From Candidatus Microgenomates bacterium (GTDB lineage Bacteria; Patescibacteriota; Microgenomatia; UBA8517): a stretch of DNA of 64,000 nt. The notes beneath the pieces are model-generated. The model ran no database searches, was not told the origin of the DNA, and saw nothing but the letters and a program-made list of their open reading frames with translations. The stretch lies in NCBI GenBank assembly GCA_049519355.1, contig JBEKQV010000001.1, forward strand, positions 193 through 64,192, in the 5' to 3' direction. Position 1 is the stretch's first letter. The number at the start of each line of letters is the position of its first letter. Of this stretch, positions 39,089 through 49,763 are shown in pieces. Made by a program: the position numbers and the translations under genes.

Positions 39089-40716
39089 GTCTTTTTCTTG
39101 ATAACATAGAGCATTCTAACACCTGTTGGTCCGTCAATTTTTTCTAACAGCAGACTATTGATATTCTCTTTAGGGTCACCAATATAAAGAACCGTTCCTT
39201 TAATACTATTCACAAAATCACCTACTAAGGTATCGGGTATATTGGTAATGTATACATTACCATATTTTCTAAATTTATATTCTCCAAAACTAAAGGGGTT
39301 TTGATTCTCGGCAATTACCTGTCTTGGATCGATTTTGTTATAGACGGGGTAGGCAAACTGAACGTTGTCGATCTTATCTGAAAGAAAAATGTAATCATAT
39401 TGGTTCTTATTAAAGTCAGCAATTTCAACTGCAGCTTGCGCCGGATACGACCAAAACTCATTATATTTAATAGGTAAAAGGAAATATAATTTATCCAACA
39501 GGAATACAAACTGAGCCAACCAAAAAACCGCAATTAATGCCAGAGATATCCTTCCGACAATCTTATTTCCGTTCCTTACAATCATCAGTAGTCCACAAGC
39601 GGACAAAAGAATCAAAGGCGGGAGCATAAAAGAATCTCTGAGAGCATGCGGAATTATAAGAAGAGCCGTCGCAATGGGCACAATGAGTATCCATGATACT
39701 AGAAAAACAAAGTGTTTCCGGTCCTTATTCCAAAGAGCAACAAGACCCACGAAGATTAGGACTGCATCTACTATATATAACTCTCCCGTTCCGGTCATAT
39801 TATGAACAGGATCTCCATCGCCTGAAATAAATAGGAAATCAAAGGATAAATTGTCTAAATACGCATCCCTTAAAGAAACAAAGTATTCAACAGGCTTATT
39901 ATGAAAAAGAGGCGACAATTTTTTCCCTATCGGGTCGATAGTTCTTTCCAGATTAACCTTTTGAAGTATCTGCTGGGCCGTATCATGATCAACAAAAATG
40001 TTGATACTCGTAAAACGCTGTTCAGAATTACCGAATAATGTTTGTTGGGCCGAAACGAGTACTGCGATAACTCCTACAGCCAAAGCCGCCATCTTTAACA
40101 AGCGGCCTCCTTTACTAAAAAAATCCTTTATAATTCCTCTATTGAACCACACCAAAAGTGGAAGAACTAAAAACAAAGTAAGTTTGTAAGTCGGATAAGT
40201 ATGTATTGCAAGTCCCCAGGCAAGTGCAAAACCCAAATAGTATTTCGGGCCGCGTTTGGCCAAAAGCAAAAATAAAAGCCCGAGGGTTGCCAATGTTAAG
40301 GCAAAATGCGCTTCAAAACCACCCCTGGAAAGCGATAGATCCCATGGTGAAATTGCAACCAAAAAACTCGCAATAAGCCCTACTTTTTCACCGAATAGCT
40401 CCTTTCCCAGAAAATACATAATCACAATGAGTCCCAGTCCCGAAAGAATTGAGAGAGCGCGTACTCCGAGAGCGGTTGGGCCAAAAATAGCTACAAAAGG
40501 AATTGAAAAATAGACATACCCAGCTGGCCGACCAGCACCCATTTCAAAAGTAATCGGCAAGAAATGTCCCAAAGTATCATGACCGGTTTTAAGAACAGAG
40601 TAAGCATCACCAACCAATGTTAACTCATCTCCGTATAGGGGAAGTTTTGTAACAAACAAAATTCTAAGAATCAAACCAAAAATCAAAATTAAACCCAAAA
40701 TTACTTTGTTTTTCAT
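39085..40716 (-). CDS. GT-C membrane glycosyltransferase, family A paralog 7
   Basis: 543 aa. LYGDELTLVGDAYSVLKTGHDTLG and DFLFISGDGDPVHNMTGTGELY. Confidence 0.6.
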   Translation of the reverse strand: MKNKVILGLILIFGLILRILFVTKLPLYGDELTLVGDAYSVLKTGHDTLGHFLPITFEMGAGRPAGYVYFSIPFVAIFGPTALGVRALSILSGLGLIVIMYFLGKELFGEKVGLIASFLVAISPWDLSLSRGGFEAHFALTLATLGLLFLLLAKRGPKYYLGFALAWGLAIHTYPTYKLTLFLVLPLLVWFNRGIIKDFFSKGGRLLKMAALAVGVIAVLVSAQQTLFGNSEQRFTSINIFVDHDTAQQILQKVNLERTIDPIGKKLSPLFHNKPVEYFVSLRDAYLDNLSFDFLFISGDGDPVHNMTGTGELYIVDAVLIFVGLVALWNKDRKHFVFLVSWILIVPIATALLIIPHALRDSFMLPPLILLSACGLLMIVRNGNKIVGRISLALIAVFWLAQFVFLLDKLYFLLPIKYNEFWSYPAQAAVEIADFNKNQYDYIFLSDKIDNVQFAYPVYNKIDPRQVIAENQNPFSFGEYKFRKYGNVYITNIPDTLVGDFVNSIKGTVLYIGDPKENINSLLLEKIDGPTGVRMLYVIKKKT

Positions 40717-42728
40717 TACTTTATTTTAAAAATATCCACCTCGGTGTTGCTAAATACTTTTTCTAATTCCAACTTGGAATAATTAATTCCTGACTCTTCA
40801 CTTTTATTTAAGTATATATAATTCACCTTGTAGTTGCTCATAAGTACACTAAATTTACTGCCAGTTTTATCATTAAATGCAGAATCGCGTACCGTTTGAA
40901 GAGATGTAAAGTTATATCCCATTATGTCAATTTGCTGTGTATCGGAAATTAATGTTCTTCTTCCGGAAAGTGCCGCGACATAACCTGTATCGCTCCAATC
41001 ATAAATCGGAATCGGAGGGATACTACTACTCGCCGTATTATATTGATTAAACGGAGCCGTCAGGATAACAGAATCGGGATTAGTAGTTTTCAAAAAGGTC
41101 AAAGCCGAAAGCTCGGCGGCACTAACTTCGGCAAGGGGTTTATTCGCGTAAAATTGCCAGAGAAGACCAAATGTCGTTGGTATCGCCAAAACTATAACAA
41201 TAAAGGAAATGGTAATTTTTGCAAACTTATTTTTTAGTTTATCCATTAATCTTCCTATTAAAATTGCGGCAATATAACCGAAAAGTAGAAGAAAATATTG
41301 AGAAAACTGTATTGAATTATAAACTACTCCCCTCTGAAGAAAAATCAAAGGAATTACAAAACCAATTAAAGCTGCCGTATAAACAAAAACATTTATAGAC
41401 TTTTTAATTTCGCCTTTTATAAAATCTCCAACTATTTTTGCAAATCCGATAACCCTCATTCCCAAATTCCCTACCAAATAAATCAAAAAGGCAGTTCCCT
41501 CTAGCTGGGCGACTCTCAAATAGGAAGTAAAGCGGCCAACAGCAAGATATGTCTGTCTTCTAAGTTCCCAATCAAGAAGACCCAAATTAACAACCACCAT
41601 TGTTCTTATAAACCACCATGGTTGGTAAATAACAAAACTGGCAGTCCCCGAAGAATTAGGAAAATAGAGAACAGAAGAAATTGCTAGGACTATTCCGAAA
41701 AACAGAATCAGTGGATATCTTTTCTTAAAGACAAGCTCATAAATTCCCAAAATTAGAAGCGACCCCAAAATAATTAGCCCTCCGTAGACTTTAAATTCAA
41801 TGGCAACTCCTCCCAAAAGTCCGGCCAAAATCAAATAGGAATTTTGTCTTAACCGCAAATATTTAAGAAGTAATAAGAGAAAGCCTGTCATAATTATAAA
41901 ATCAGCCGCTTGAGGAGGGTTGCCCAGAACTGAAGGCGTCTGGTTCATCCAAAAAATTGTTTCCCCTCCGATTGTCCTATTTTGAATCCAGGTTACGATA
42001 TAACCAAAACTCCCGGCGAAATAGGTAAAAAACATTGCCCAAAGACCTGCTTTTTCACTTTTCGACCAGGAGCGGACAAAAGCAAAACTTGAAAGTCCCA
42101 AAAGAAGTGAAAACAAAACCGGAAAGAAGCGAAAGTAAACATCAAGGTCGGTAAAATGAAACATTCTTGAAAAATCGGACATTAAAAGATCAACAAAGAA
42201 ATGGTAGTTTTGCAAAACGTGTCCAGCAAACTCCGGATCCTGAAAAGGAAATATGCTTCTTTTCATTTCCTCCATAAGAGCTATATGCCACATTCCATCC
42301 CTTCCTTGCGCGCTCCAAAAAAGAAGGTTCCCCGAAAAGTTAAATCCGGATGGTGCATTAACTGCAACTTGAGTAACTATACCCAAAAATATAATCACGA
42401 TAAAACCAATCAAACTCCATTTATTAAAAAGCAATCTATCCTGTAAAAAAATAGTTTTAAAATCCCCCAATAAGAAAAATAAACCGAGTACCGGAAATAT
42501 CCATAATATAAATCTAATGTGAAGAATAATTGATATGTAAGATATAAGAGTAAATAGAGCAATTCCTAATATTGTAGACAGAGTATATTTTTCAAGATTA
42601 TTTTGAAGATTAATTTTAAATAATTTTAATAAATTAAAACCCGGAGTTGTAAAAACAATTAAAGTTATAAACAAAAATAATACCAGCCATATTAAATCGG
42701 TAAAAATATTAATTAACATTTGAATCAA
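40716..42728 (-). CDS. Large polytopic membrane protein, family B paralog 1 (GT-C-like; unknown)
   Basis: 670 aa. SAQGRDGMWHIALMEE and VLQNYHFFVDLL are shared with 42725..44746 and 49764..51464. About 14 transmembrane segments and a C-terminal domain of about 120 aa ending ...DIFKIK. Confidence 0.5.
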   Translation of the reverse strand: MIQMLINIFTDLIWLVLFLFITLIVFTTPGFNLLKLFKINLQNNLEKYTLSTILGIALFTLISYISIILHIRFILWIFPVLGLFFLLGDFKTIFLQDRLLFNKWSLIGFIVIIFLGIVTQVAVNAPSGFNFSGNLLFWSAQGRDGMWHIALMEEMKRSIFPFQDPEFAGHVLQNYHFFVDLLMSDFSRMFHFTDLDVYFRFFPVLFSLLLGLSSFAFVRSWSKSEKAGLWAMFFTYFAGSFGYIVTWIQNRTIGGETIFWMNQTPSVLGNPPQAADFIIMTGFLLLLLKYLRLRQNSYLILAGLLGGVAIEFKVYGGLIILGSLLILGIYELVFKKRYPLILFFGIVLAISSVLYFPNSSGTASFVIYQPWWFIRTMVVVNLGLLDWELRRQTYLAVGRFTSYLRVAQLEGTAFLIYLVGNLGMRVIGFAKIVGDFIKGEIKKSINVFVYTAALIGFVIPLIFLQRGVVYNSIQFSQYFLLLFGYIAAILIGRLMDKLKNKFAKITISFIVIVLAIPTTFGLLWQFYANKPLAEVSAAELSALTFLKTTNPDSVILTAPFNQYNTASSSIPPIPIYDWSDTGYVAALSGRRTLISDTQQIDIMGYNFTSLQTVRDSAFNDKTGSKFSVLMSNYKVNYIYLNKSEESGINYSKLELEKVFSNTEVDIFKIK

Positions 42729-44746
42729 TCAACTTTATAGATATCTACTTCAGGATTACTATACACTTTGACCATCCCGCTTAGCGAAGGGTTAAATGTT
42801 TCCGTATGCCCGTTATCTATAATTGTGTCCTGAGATTTGGGTATATATATAAAACGGACGTTTTCCTGTTTTAAAAATTCCGTATTGTATGCCACATCAT
42901 TTTTATAAAAAAATTCATTTTCGTTTGCCAGCCTCTGATCCACCGGAAAGTTGGTCTGACGAGCCATATCCTCATCTGACAAATACGTAACTCTATCCGT
43001 CAACGAAGAAACATATCCGGTACTTGACCAGGCGTAAATTGGCAGGGGGTTGGTTTTGTAATTGTATTTTAAGCCGTCACTAAACGGTGGAGCAAGAATT
43101 ATATCGTTAGGCTGTGAGTTATCTTTCAGAAAATTCAAAGCTACCAATTCATTTGGGCTTATTTTTGCATTGGGTGCGCTTCCGTAAAACTCCACAAAGT
43201 TACCAATAACCGTAGGGACGGACAACACAACCAGAAGAATAATTATTGCTATTTTTACACCAATATGTTTAACCTTACTTAATAAGTCAAAAGTAAAAAT
43301 TGCTGCATAAAAACCGGTAAATAAAAGGACATACTGCATAAACTGAATAATATTTGAGGCCACACCCTTTTGCAGAAAAAGCATCGGAATTACAAATGCG
43401 ACGAAAGTTGCACTCAACATAAACGCATCAATGGGACTATCTAAAATTTTGGATTTAAACTTAACAAGCTTTTGGGCAATAACCGGCAATCCGGCAATCC
43501 GCATTCCCAAATTCCCAACCACAAAAATTAAAAGTGCAGCACCCTCATACTCCACCACCCTCAAATAAGAGGTAACTCTTCCAACTGAAAGATAGGTTTG
43601 TACCCTTCGAACCCAATCAAGAAGACCCAACTTTTCTGTAAGCATCGTGGTGATAAACCACCAAGGTTGAAAGATTAAATAAGATGCAGCATCTTTTGAA
43701 ACCAGCTTGACAGTTATAAGATTCGTAACAAGAATTGCGAGAAATAAAAACGCGTAATTAAACTTTTTCTCTCTGATTATTTGAAATAGAGATACAGTTC
43801 CCATTCCGGCCAAAAGAACTACTCCTCCGGATATCTTAAACCCAGCGATAACCGATCCAATCAAAAAACAAATAAAAAACCAGCTTTTGGATTTCGACTT
43901 CGTAAAAAGAAGAAATGATAATAAAAATGCACACAAAAGGATTATTGCTGAGGCATGAGGCGGATTAGCAACAACCGTATTAAGTTGGGACACCCAGAAA
44001 GCCGTTTCACCACCGAAGATCTTTCCGGAATTTAAATAAGTTACAATAAATCCGAAACTGCCGACAAAATAAGTAAAGAAAACGGACCAGTAACCAATCA
44101 GTTTATTCTTCCATCTATTCATAAACGAATAAACTGAAATACCCATAAGGAAAGAAAAAAGCACAGGGAAAAAACGGAAATAAAGATCCAAGGGAGAAAA
44201 GAAACTATAAATACGGTTATATTCCCCCATCAAAATATCCACCAGATAATGATAATTTTGTAAATAAGTTCCGGAAAAAGCAGGCATTAGAGGTGGAATA
44301 TTTTTAACAATCGCCTCCATCAGAGAAATATGCCAAAAACCGTCAAACCCCTGAGAGCTCCAAAAGAGGAGTCCGTCCTTGTATAAATAACCGCTTGGAA
44401 AACTAATAAAGCCTTGGACCAAAATCCCAACAAAAACTAATGCCAAAAGAACAGGGTTTTTGAAAAATTCTTTCCATGGCACTAAAAGTTTTAATTTGTA
44501 TTTATAAATTGAAAATAGATTAACTCCGGCTATAAGAAAAACCATTAAAAACCGTGCTTTAATGAGAGCCAGAAACACTGCAAGCAAAACAAAAACAACA
44601 ATTGAAAGAGCAAAAGATAAAGTTATAATTTCGATCCCGTTAAGTTTTTGTGTATTCTTATTAAGCAGCAAATATCCTAACGGATAAAAAGAAAACCAAG
44701 TTAAAAAAATAAATATTATAAATAAAGCGATTGTTTGAAAAATCAT
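42725..44746 (-). CDS. Large polytopic membrane protein, family B paralog 2
   Basis: SSQGFDGFWHISLMEA, YLQNYHYLVDIL, C-terminus ...DIYKVD. The ATG at 44746 gives an ATGA overlap; the ORF-track start at 44791 is less likely. Confidence 0.5.
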   Translation of the reverse strand: MIFQTIALFIIFIFLTWFSFYPLGYLLLNKNTQKLNGIEIITLSFALSIVVFVLLAVFLALIKARFLMVFLIAGVNLFSIYKYKLKLLVPWKEFFKNPVLLALVFVGILVQGFISFPSGYLYKDGLLFWSSQGFDGFWHISLMEAIVKNIPPLMPAFSGTYLQNYHYLVDILMGEYNRIYSFFSPLDLYFRFFPVLFSFLMGISVYSFMNRWKNKLIGYWSVFFTYFVGSFGFIVTYLNSGKIFGGETAFWVSQLNTVVANPPHASAIILLCAFLLSFLLFTKSKSKSWFFICFLIGSVIAGFKISGGVVLLAGMGTVSLFQIIREKKFNYAFLFLAILVTNLITVKLVSKDAASYLIFQPWWFITTMLTEKLGLLDWVRRVQTYLSVGRVTSYLRVVEYEGAALLIFVVGNLGMRIAGLPVIAQKLVKFKSKILDSPIDAFMLSATFVAFVIPMLFLQKGVASNIIQFMQYVLLFTGFYAAIFTFDLLSKVKHIGVKIAIIILLVVLSVPTVIGNFVEFYGSAPNAKISPNELVALNFLKDNSQPNDIILAPPFSDGLKYNYKTNPLPIYAWSSTGYVSSLTDRVTYLSDEDMARQTNFPVDQRLANENEFFYKNDVAYNTEFLKQENVRFIYIPKSQDTIIDNGHTETFNPSLSGMVKVYSNPEVDIYKVD

Positions 44747-46385
44747 TGTTTTGACCGAACCGCAAGTCCAAGACAGAATAAGAATGTGCAAAGAGACAGG
44801 ATATCCAGTATCGTGTTTAAAATCGTTTCGCGGAAAAAGATATTTATCACATGAGTTCCGGCCGGAATATTGATAGTAATTTGCCCAAAAGGTGCACCTG
44901 AAGACAGTTGGACACTTTTACCGTCAACGGTAGCATTCCAACCGGGAAAATTGTATTTACTGTAATTAAGAGTAAACGACTTGGTGGAATCTGTTCGAAT
45001 AACAGAAGCCAGAGATGTTGCCGCAACAATATTTTTAATTTCACTGCCACTCGTGTAAGCAATTGGGTAGTCTTTAGTGGGTCGCACTTCTGTTGCTTCG
45101 GGCAATCGCAAATATTCCTCATCCTGAGTTAGATACGCCGGTAAGACAACAGGAACGGGAATGTAACGTGCCAAATAATAGGAGTCTGTTCTTTCAAGAT
45201 AATCTTGAGGATGAAAATAACTTATGGTTGTAACAATCGTCAATATTCCAATACCCAAGGCAATCCAAACTCTAAACTTAATGTCATTAAGACCTAAAAG
45301 AAATATTGGGGAGATAAAGACCACCATTGTAAGAAATCTCCATGGAAACTGAAAATAAGGTAAAAGCGGAACTAGATTCCAGATAAAAGTTGAACGTATA
45401 TTCATCATAAAGAGAGAGATAAGTAAAGTTATCAAGGCCCATAAAAATATAATCCGGTTTTCTTGGTTTATTTTCCTAAAAAGAAGAATCAGGAAAATGC
45501 TTCCCAAAATAATAGAGACAAAAGCAGCAAAACCAATAAAAAATGACATTGTTGGAAAACCACCGTAACCAAAATAAGGAGTGATCAATCGTTTAACTGG
45601 AAGAAAATAATCCTGAAAATCATAGACAGTACTGTATTTAAGCAACGAACTTTGAGTTAAAGCAGGAAACCAAAAATAAAGACTTCCTAAAGCACCCAAA
45701 AGAAACATCAAGATAAAATTAACAACTCTTTTTATACGGTCCGGTTTAATAAAGACTAAAAACAAAATCCCCAAAAGAACGGCAAAAGGTAAAAACATAT
45801 AAGCGGCAATGTCATGCGTCAAAACCAATAACGCCACAGAAATTCCACCCAAACCGATATAACGCCATCTATTTTTTGTATTGCCCTTTGTAAGTTCAAA
45901 AACCGAAAGTGAAATTAGCGGAAAAAATACAAAACTGAAAGCCTCTCCAATATCCCCTCTTACATAAATCTCAGTTGAACGGTAAGGTAAATATCCGTAA
46001 ATTAGGGATCCAACCAAACTTAAATCGGACTTCATAAACTTCTTCAAAAAGGCAAACATAAACGCAACAGAAAGAGGAATGCCCAGGAAAAGAACTGCCT
46101 TTGTACTGCCTACTAGAGAAAGTCCTTCCAAATGAAATATCTCTCCCAAATAAAAAGGGAAAGGATAAATAAAATTAAAAAGCGGATAGCCGAAACCAAA
46201 ACTCAAGTCGGGTACAAAACGCGGAGGAAAAATTCCGGCTTTTAAAACTCTATCCATCTCATAAAGCCATGCAGGGTGCAAATCATCTGAAGCGCCATAA
46301 AAACCCAGATGCAAAAGAGCAAGAACCGTAGGAATGGCGAGAATCAAAGCCAAAAGCCAACCGTACTTATTTAAAAACTTTTCGA
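44743..46385 (-). CDS. Polytopic membrane protein, family C paralog 1 (unknown; GT-C-like architecture)
   Basis: ASDDLHPAWLYEMDRV...PRFVPDLSFGFGYPLFNFIYPFPFY and FQFPWRFL are shared with the next two genes. The ATG at 46385 is preferred; position 46422 is a TTG. Confidence 0.5.
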
Positions 46386-48043
46386 ATTTTCCCATATAAA
46401 AGGTAGAACAAAAAAAGCACAAAGCTCAAAACGGAAATAATATTTGCAAAAGTTCTAATCGGCGTATTTTTGAAAGCTCCTTTAACCTTGTAAGTTCCGG
46501 GGGGGAGTTTAATCTCAATTCTTCCGATGTCACCCAAGGAATGGGTATAAACCTTACCGTTAACTGTTACTTCCCAATTGGGGAAATAAAAAACCGGGAC
46601 ATCAATCACCGAGTTGATTTTGACAGCGGCGGAAAAGCTAAATCTGTTTGATTTCTCTATAAAATTGGATATTTCACTGTTCCCCGAAAGTAATAAAGGA
46701 TTACTCGGAGCCGGCTCAACAGGCACTGTAGCGGTCACAGGAAGGTAATCAGTTATTGATCCGCCCTCTTGCAAAAGCCACGATTCTCCAGTCAGTTTTG
46801 TTGCATCGGTTACGTTTGATTCAAAATTCTGCGGTCTAAAATATTGCCAATTTAGGACTACTGTCAAAATCACAATTAGCGCCGCAAGAAAGTTAACATA
46901 TTTCCATCTTATTGCCGAAATACAGTAACCCCCAAGGAGACTTGCCGAAAAAATACTAACCGATAAAAACCTCCAAGGAAACTGTACGTAGGCAAGAATA
47001 CCGATTCTTTCCCAGATAAATGTAGATTTATTGTGAATCATAAAAACGGAAAAGCAAAAAGCTGCGACAAGAAAAACTGGCATTAAATACTTTTTGATGT
47101 TTTCTATCTTTACCGACTTGGCCAGACCAAGTGTGATCAATATTACCGAAAGAATAACAAGCCACCAGTGAGGCCAACCGATTTGGAAGGACATATCACT
47201 CTCCATGCTTTTGGTTGCACCCGTATAACCCCATGATCTATCAACAAATAATCTTCCGACTGAAATAAAGTGATTACGCCAGTCCAATGCAAATATGGTT
47301 AACGTGTTGGTTTGAACCAAATTCTTCTCAAAATATGCGGGAAGGAGGAAAAATGCAGCCATACCAAAACCAAACAATAAACTTAAAATAAGTGTTTTGA
47401 AATTTTTCCAATTCTTCAAATATAGTATTAAGAGTAACCAAACCACAAAAACCGGAGTGAAAAGAAGCGTCATTATATTGTGGGAGGTTAGGAAGAATAA
47501 CAACGAAAGCGATGTACCGATAAAATCAGCGGATTTTCCTCTTTTGATGAGTCTCAAACTGAAATAAAAAACCAGTGGAATAATGGCAATTGCAAAACTT
47601 TCCGCTATTGCTCCCCTAACATAAGTGTCGAGGGCTCTATATGGTGCGAACAAAAATAAAATCCCGGCAACAAATCCTGCTTTAGTTCCAAAAAGTTCCT
47701 TTCCCAAAAAATACATAGAAATTCCACCCAGAAGTAAAGGAATAAAGAACAAAGCTTTAGCCGAATTAATGTAGCTGAGGATAAAACTAAAAACCGCACC
47801 CAAATAGTACGGAAAAACTCCGTAATAATTAAAAAGAGGAAAACCATTTCCGTAACCCATATCGGGAACCCACCTGCATGGAAGCTGCAGGTCCGCAAAG
47901 CATTTTCTCATTTCAAAAATCCTTATAACCTGCAAATCGTCCTGATGAGGAAAATAACCCTTCATAAATAAGGGCCAGAGCACTAGTCCCGATAAAACCA
48001 CAATCACCCAAAGCCAAATATCTTCTTTAATGAATTTTTTCAT
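46367..48043 (-). CDS. Polytopic membrane protein, family C paralog 2
   Basis: HQDDLQVIRIFEMRKC...CRWVPDMGYGNGFPLFNYYGVFPYY and VQFPWRFL. The ATG at 48043 is preferred; position 48082 is a TTG. The gene contains a C7 homopolymer (plus-strand G7 at 46499-46505). Confidence 0.5.
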   Translation of the reverse strand: MKKFIKEDIWLWVIVVLSGLVLWPLFMKGYFPHQDDLQVIRIFEMRKCFADLQLPCRWVPDMGYGNGFPLFNYYGVFPYYLGAVFSFILSYINSAKALFFIPLLLGGISMYFLGKELFGTKAGFVAGILFLFAPYRALDTYVRGAIAESFAIAIIPLVFYFSLRLIKRGKSADFIGTSLSLLFFLTSHNIMTLLFTPVFVVWLLLILYLKNWKNFKTLILSLLFGFGMAAFFLLPAYFEKNLVQTNTLTIFALDWRNHFISVGRLFVDRSWGYTGATKSMESDMSFQIGWPHWWLVILSVILITLGLAKSVKIENIKKYLMPVFLVAAFCFSVFMIHNKSTFIWERIGILAYVQFPWRFLSVSIFSASLLGGYCISAIRWKYVNFLAALIVILTVVLNWQYFRPQNFESNVTDATKLTGESWLLQEGGSITDYLPVTATVPVEPAPSNPLLLSGNSEISNFIEKSNRFSFSAAVKINSVIDVPVFYFPNWEVTVNGKVYTHSLGDIGRIEIKLPPGTYKVKGAFKNTPIRTFANIISVLSFVLFLFYLLYGKIRKVFK

Positions 48044-49757
48044 TTTTCTTTTTGATAACCAAAAGGGCAGCAACCGTGACAAGAGATATTACCGACAGCC
48101 AGTTTCCGATTTTTCTCACTGGGGTATCTGTCAGCCTAACATCAATCGTGTGAGTCCCACTTGGAACTTCAAAAGTGATTAACCCCAAACAAAAACTTTC
48201 TCCCATACAATTATTGTTAACATGACTTACTTTTTGTCCATCGATTTTGGTAACCATTCCCGGAAAATCAAACAAGGGGAGTCTAATCAATGCTTCCTTT
48301 TTAACATTGATTATTCCTTTCTGAAAATCACTCCCTTTAGAATAACTCGAAAAGTTAGCGCTTCCTTGAAGAATTTCCGGCCGATTCGGAGCGGGAGAAA
48401 TCGGTGGAAACTTTGCATATATTGGCAGATAGTCAAAAATACTAATCGTAAGTTCTTTTTGCCACGATACGCCTGAGAATTTGTCCGCGTCGGTAATATT
48501 TTCCCAACTTTTCGGAACAAAATACCCCACAGTAAGAATAAACGAAATCAAAACAATTATTAACCCAATCCAAACTTTGAACTTTGGAATCAGGAAAATT
48601 CCGATTCCGGCAAGTATAGACAGAAGGAAAATACTGACCGCCAAAAATCTCCAGGGGAATTGAAGCCAAGCCAGCATCGGAATAGCGCTCCAAATAAAAC
48701 TGGACTTTACATGAATCATAAAAAGCGTAAAGAGTTCAACCATTCCCAAAATCAAAGCGAGAAAAACGTAATCTTTCTTTTTCTTTTTTATGAAAATATA
48801 GAAAGAACTAATCCCTAACGTAATTATTCCAAAAATCCATTGAATAATACCGGTTGAAAGATTCAATTTTTCGTTCGGAAAACCTGAAGATCCATATCCC
48901 CACTCCCTAGAAATAAACAGTCTATAAAGATTTACAAAATGTTGCTGGTAGCCAAAATATCCTTCCAAAAGTGTTTCCGTATGTGCATATTGCCTTTCAA
49001 AAATTACCGGCAAAACATAAAACGCTGCAAACCCAATCCCCAAAAGCACCCCGGCAATAACTTTGTATATTTCTTTCAGCTTCTTTTCTCTTATTAGCCA
49101 ATAGATAGTCCAAACGATTGCCGGAATAGAAAAGATCATTGCCATTAATAAATGTGTCGTAAGAAGTAAACCCAAAGATAAGCCGAGAAGTGCAATATAT
49201 TTTGCCTTCGAAGTTTTAATCAATTTATATACAGCCCAAAAAACTAACGGGAAAAACACTAATGACCAAAACTCACTCAAATCACCCCTGACAAAAACTT
49301 CAACAGCTTTATAAGGAACATAGGTATAAACGAGGGCCGAAACAAAACCCGAAAAATTATCCAAAAAATCACTGACCAAAAGAAACATTACCAGTGCAGA
49401 AAGAGTATAGCCAAGGGCGAAAAGTATTTTTACGGTGTCGATAAATTGGAATCCGACTTTATGAAAAATTTCTCCAAGATAGTAAACACTGGGAGGATAA
49501 TAATTAAATTGCGGGTATCCATATTGGTATCCGGCGTCAGGAACCCACCTGCAAGGAATCTGGAAATCCTGAAAACATTTATCCATCTCATAAACCCTAA
49601 AAGCCTGAAGATCATCCTGCATAGGGAAAAATCCGGATCTAACCAGACTGGAAAACGTAGGAATTGTGAATAGAACAATTAAAATTACCCAAAATAATTT
49701 CTTTTTTGAATAGAATCCAAGTTTTTCCTTAAGATTCCCGAATATTTTAGATATCAT
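48027..49757 (-). CDS. Polytopic membrane protein, family C paralog 3
   Basis: 576 aa. MQDDLQAFRVYEMDKC...CRWVPDAGYQYGYPQFNYYPPSVYY and LQFPWRFL. Confidence 0.5.
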   Translation of the reverse strand: MISKIFGNLKEKLGFYSKKKLFWVILIVLFTIPTFSSLVRSGFFPMQDDLQAFRVYEMDKCFQDFQIPCRWVPDAGYQYGYPQFNYYPPSVYYLGEIFHKVGFQFIDTVKILFALGYTLSALVMFLLVSDFLDNFSGFVSALVYTYVPYKAVEVFVRGDLSEFWSLVFFPLVFWAVYKLIKTSKAKYIALLGLSLGLLLTTHLLMAMIFSIPAIVWTIYWLIREKKLKEIYKVIAGVLLGIGFAAFYVLPVIFERQYAHTETLLEGYFGYQQHFVNLYRLFISREWGYGSSGFPNEKLNLSTGIIQWIFGIITLGISSFYIFIKKKKKDYVFLALILGMVELFTLFMIHVKSSFIWSAIPMLAWLQFPWRFLAVSIFLLSILAGIGIFLIPKFKVWIGLIIVLISFILTVGYFVPKSWENITDADKFSGVSWQKELTISIFDYLPIYAKFPPISPAPNRPEILQGSANFSSYSKGSDFQKGIINVKKEALIRLPLFDFPGMVTKIDGQKVSHVNNNCMGESFCLGLITFEVPSGTHTIDVRLTDTPVRKIGNWLSVISLVTVAALLVIKKKNEKIH

Positions 49758-49763
49758 TTTCTT

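Noticed and set aside
44743-49757. Considered that family C could be STT3/PglB/AglB-type oligosaccharyltransferases because of the loop-1 DD motif
   Set aside because: The proteins are about 560 aa, shorter than STT3 enzymes. I could not find a WWDYG-like motif or DK/MI-type motifs in any of the three paralogs. I left them as an unassigned GT-C-like family.
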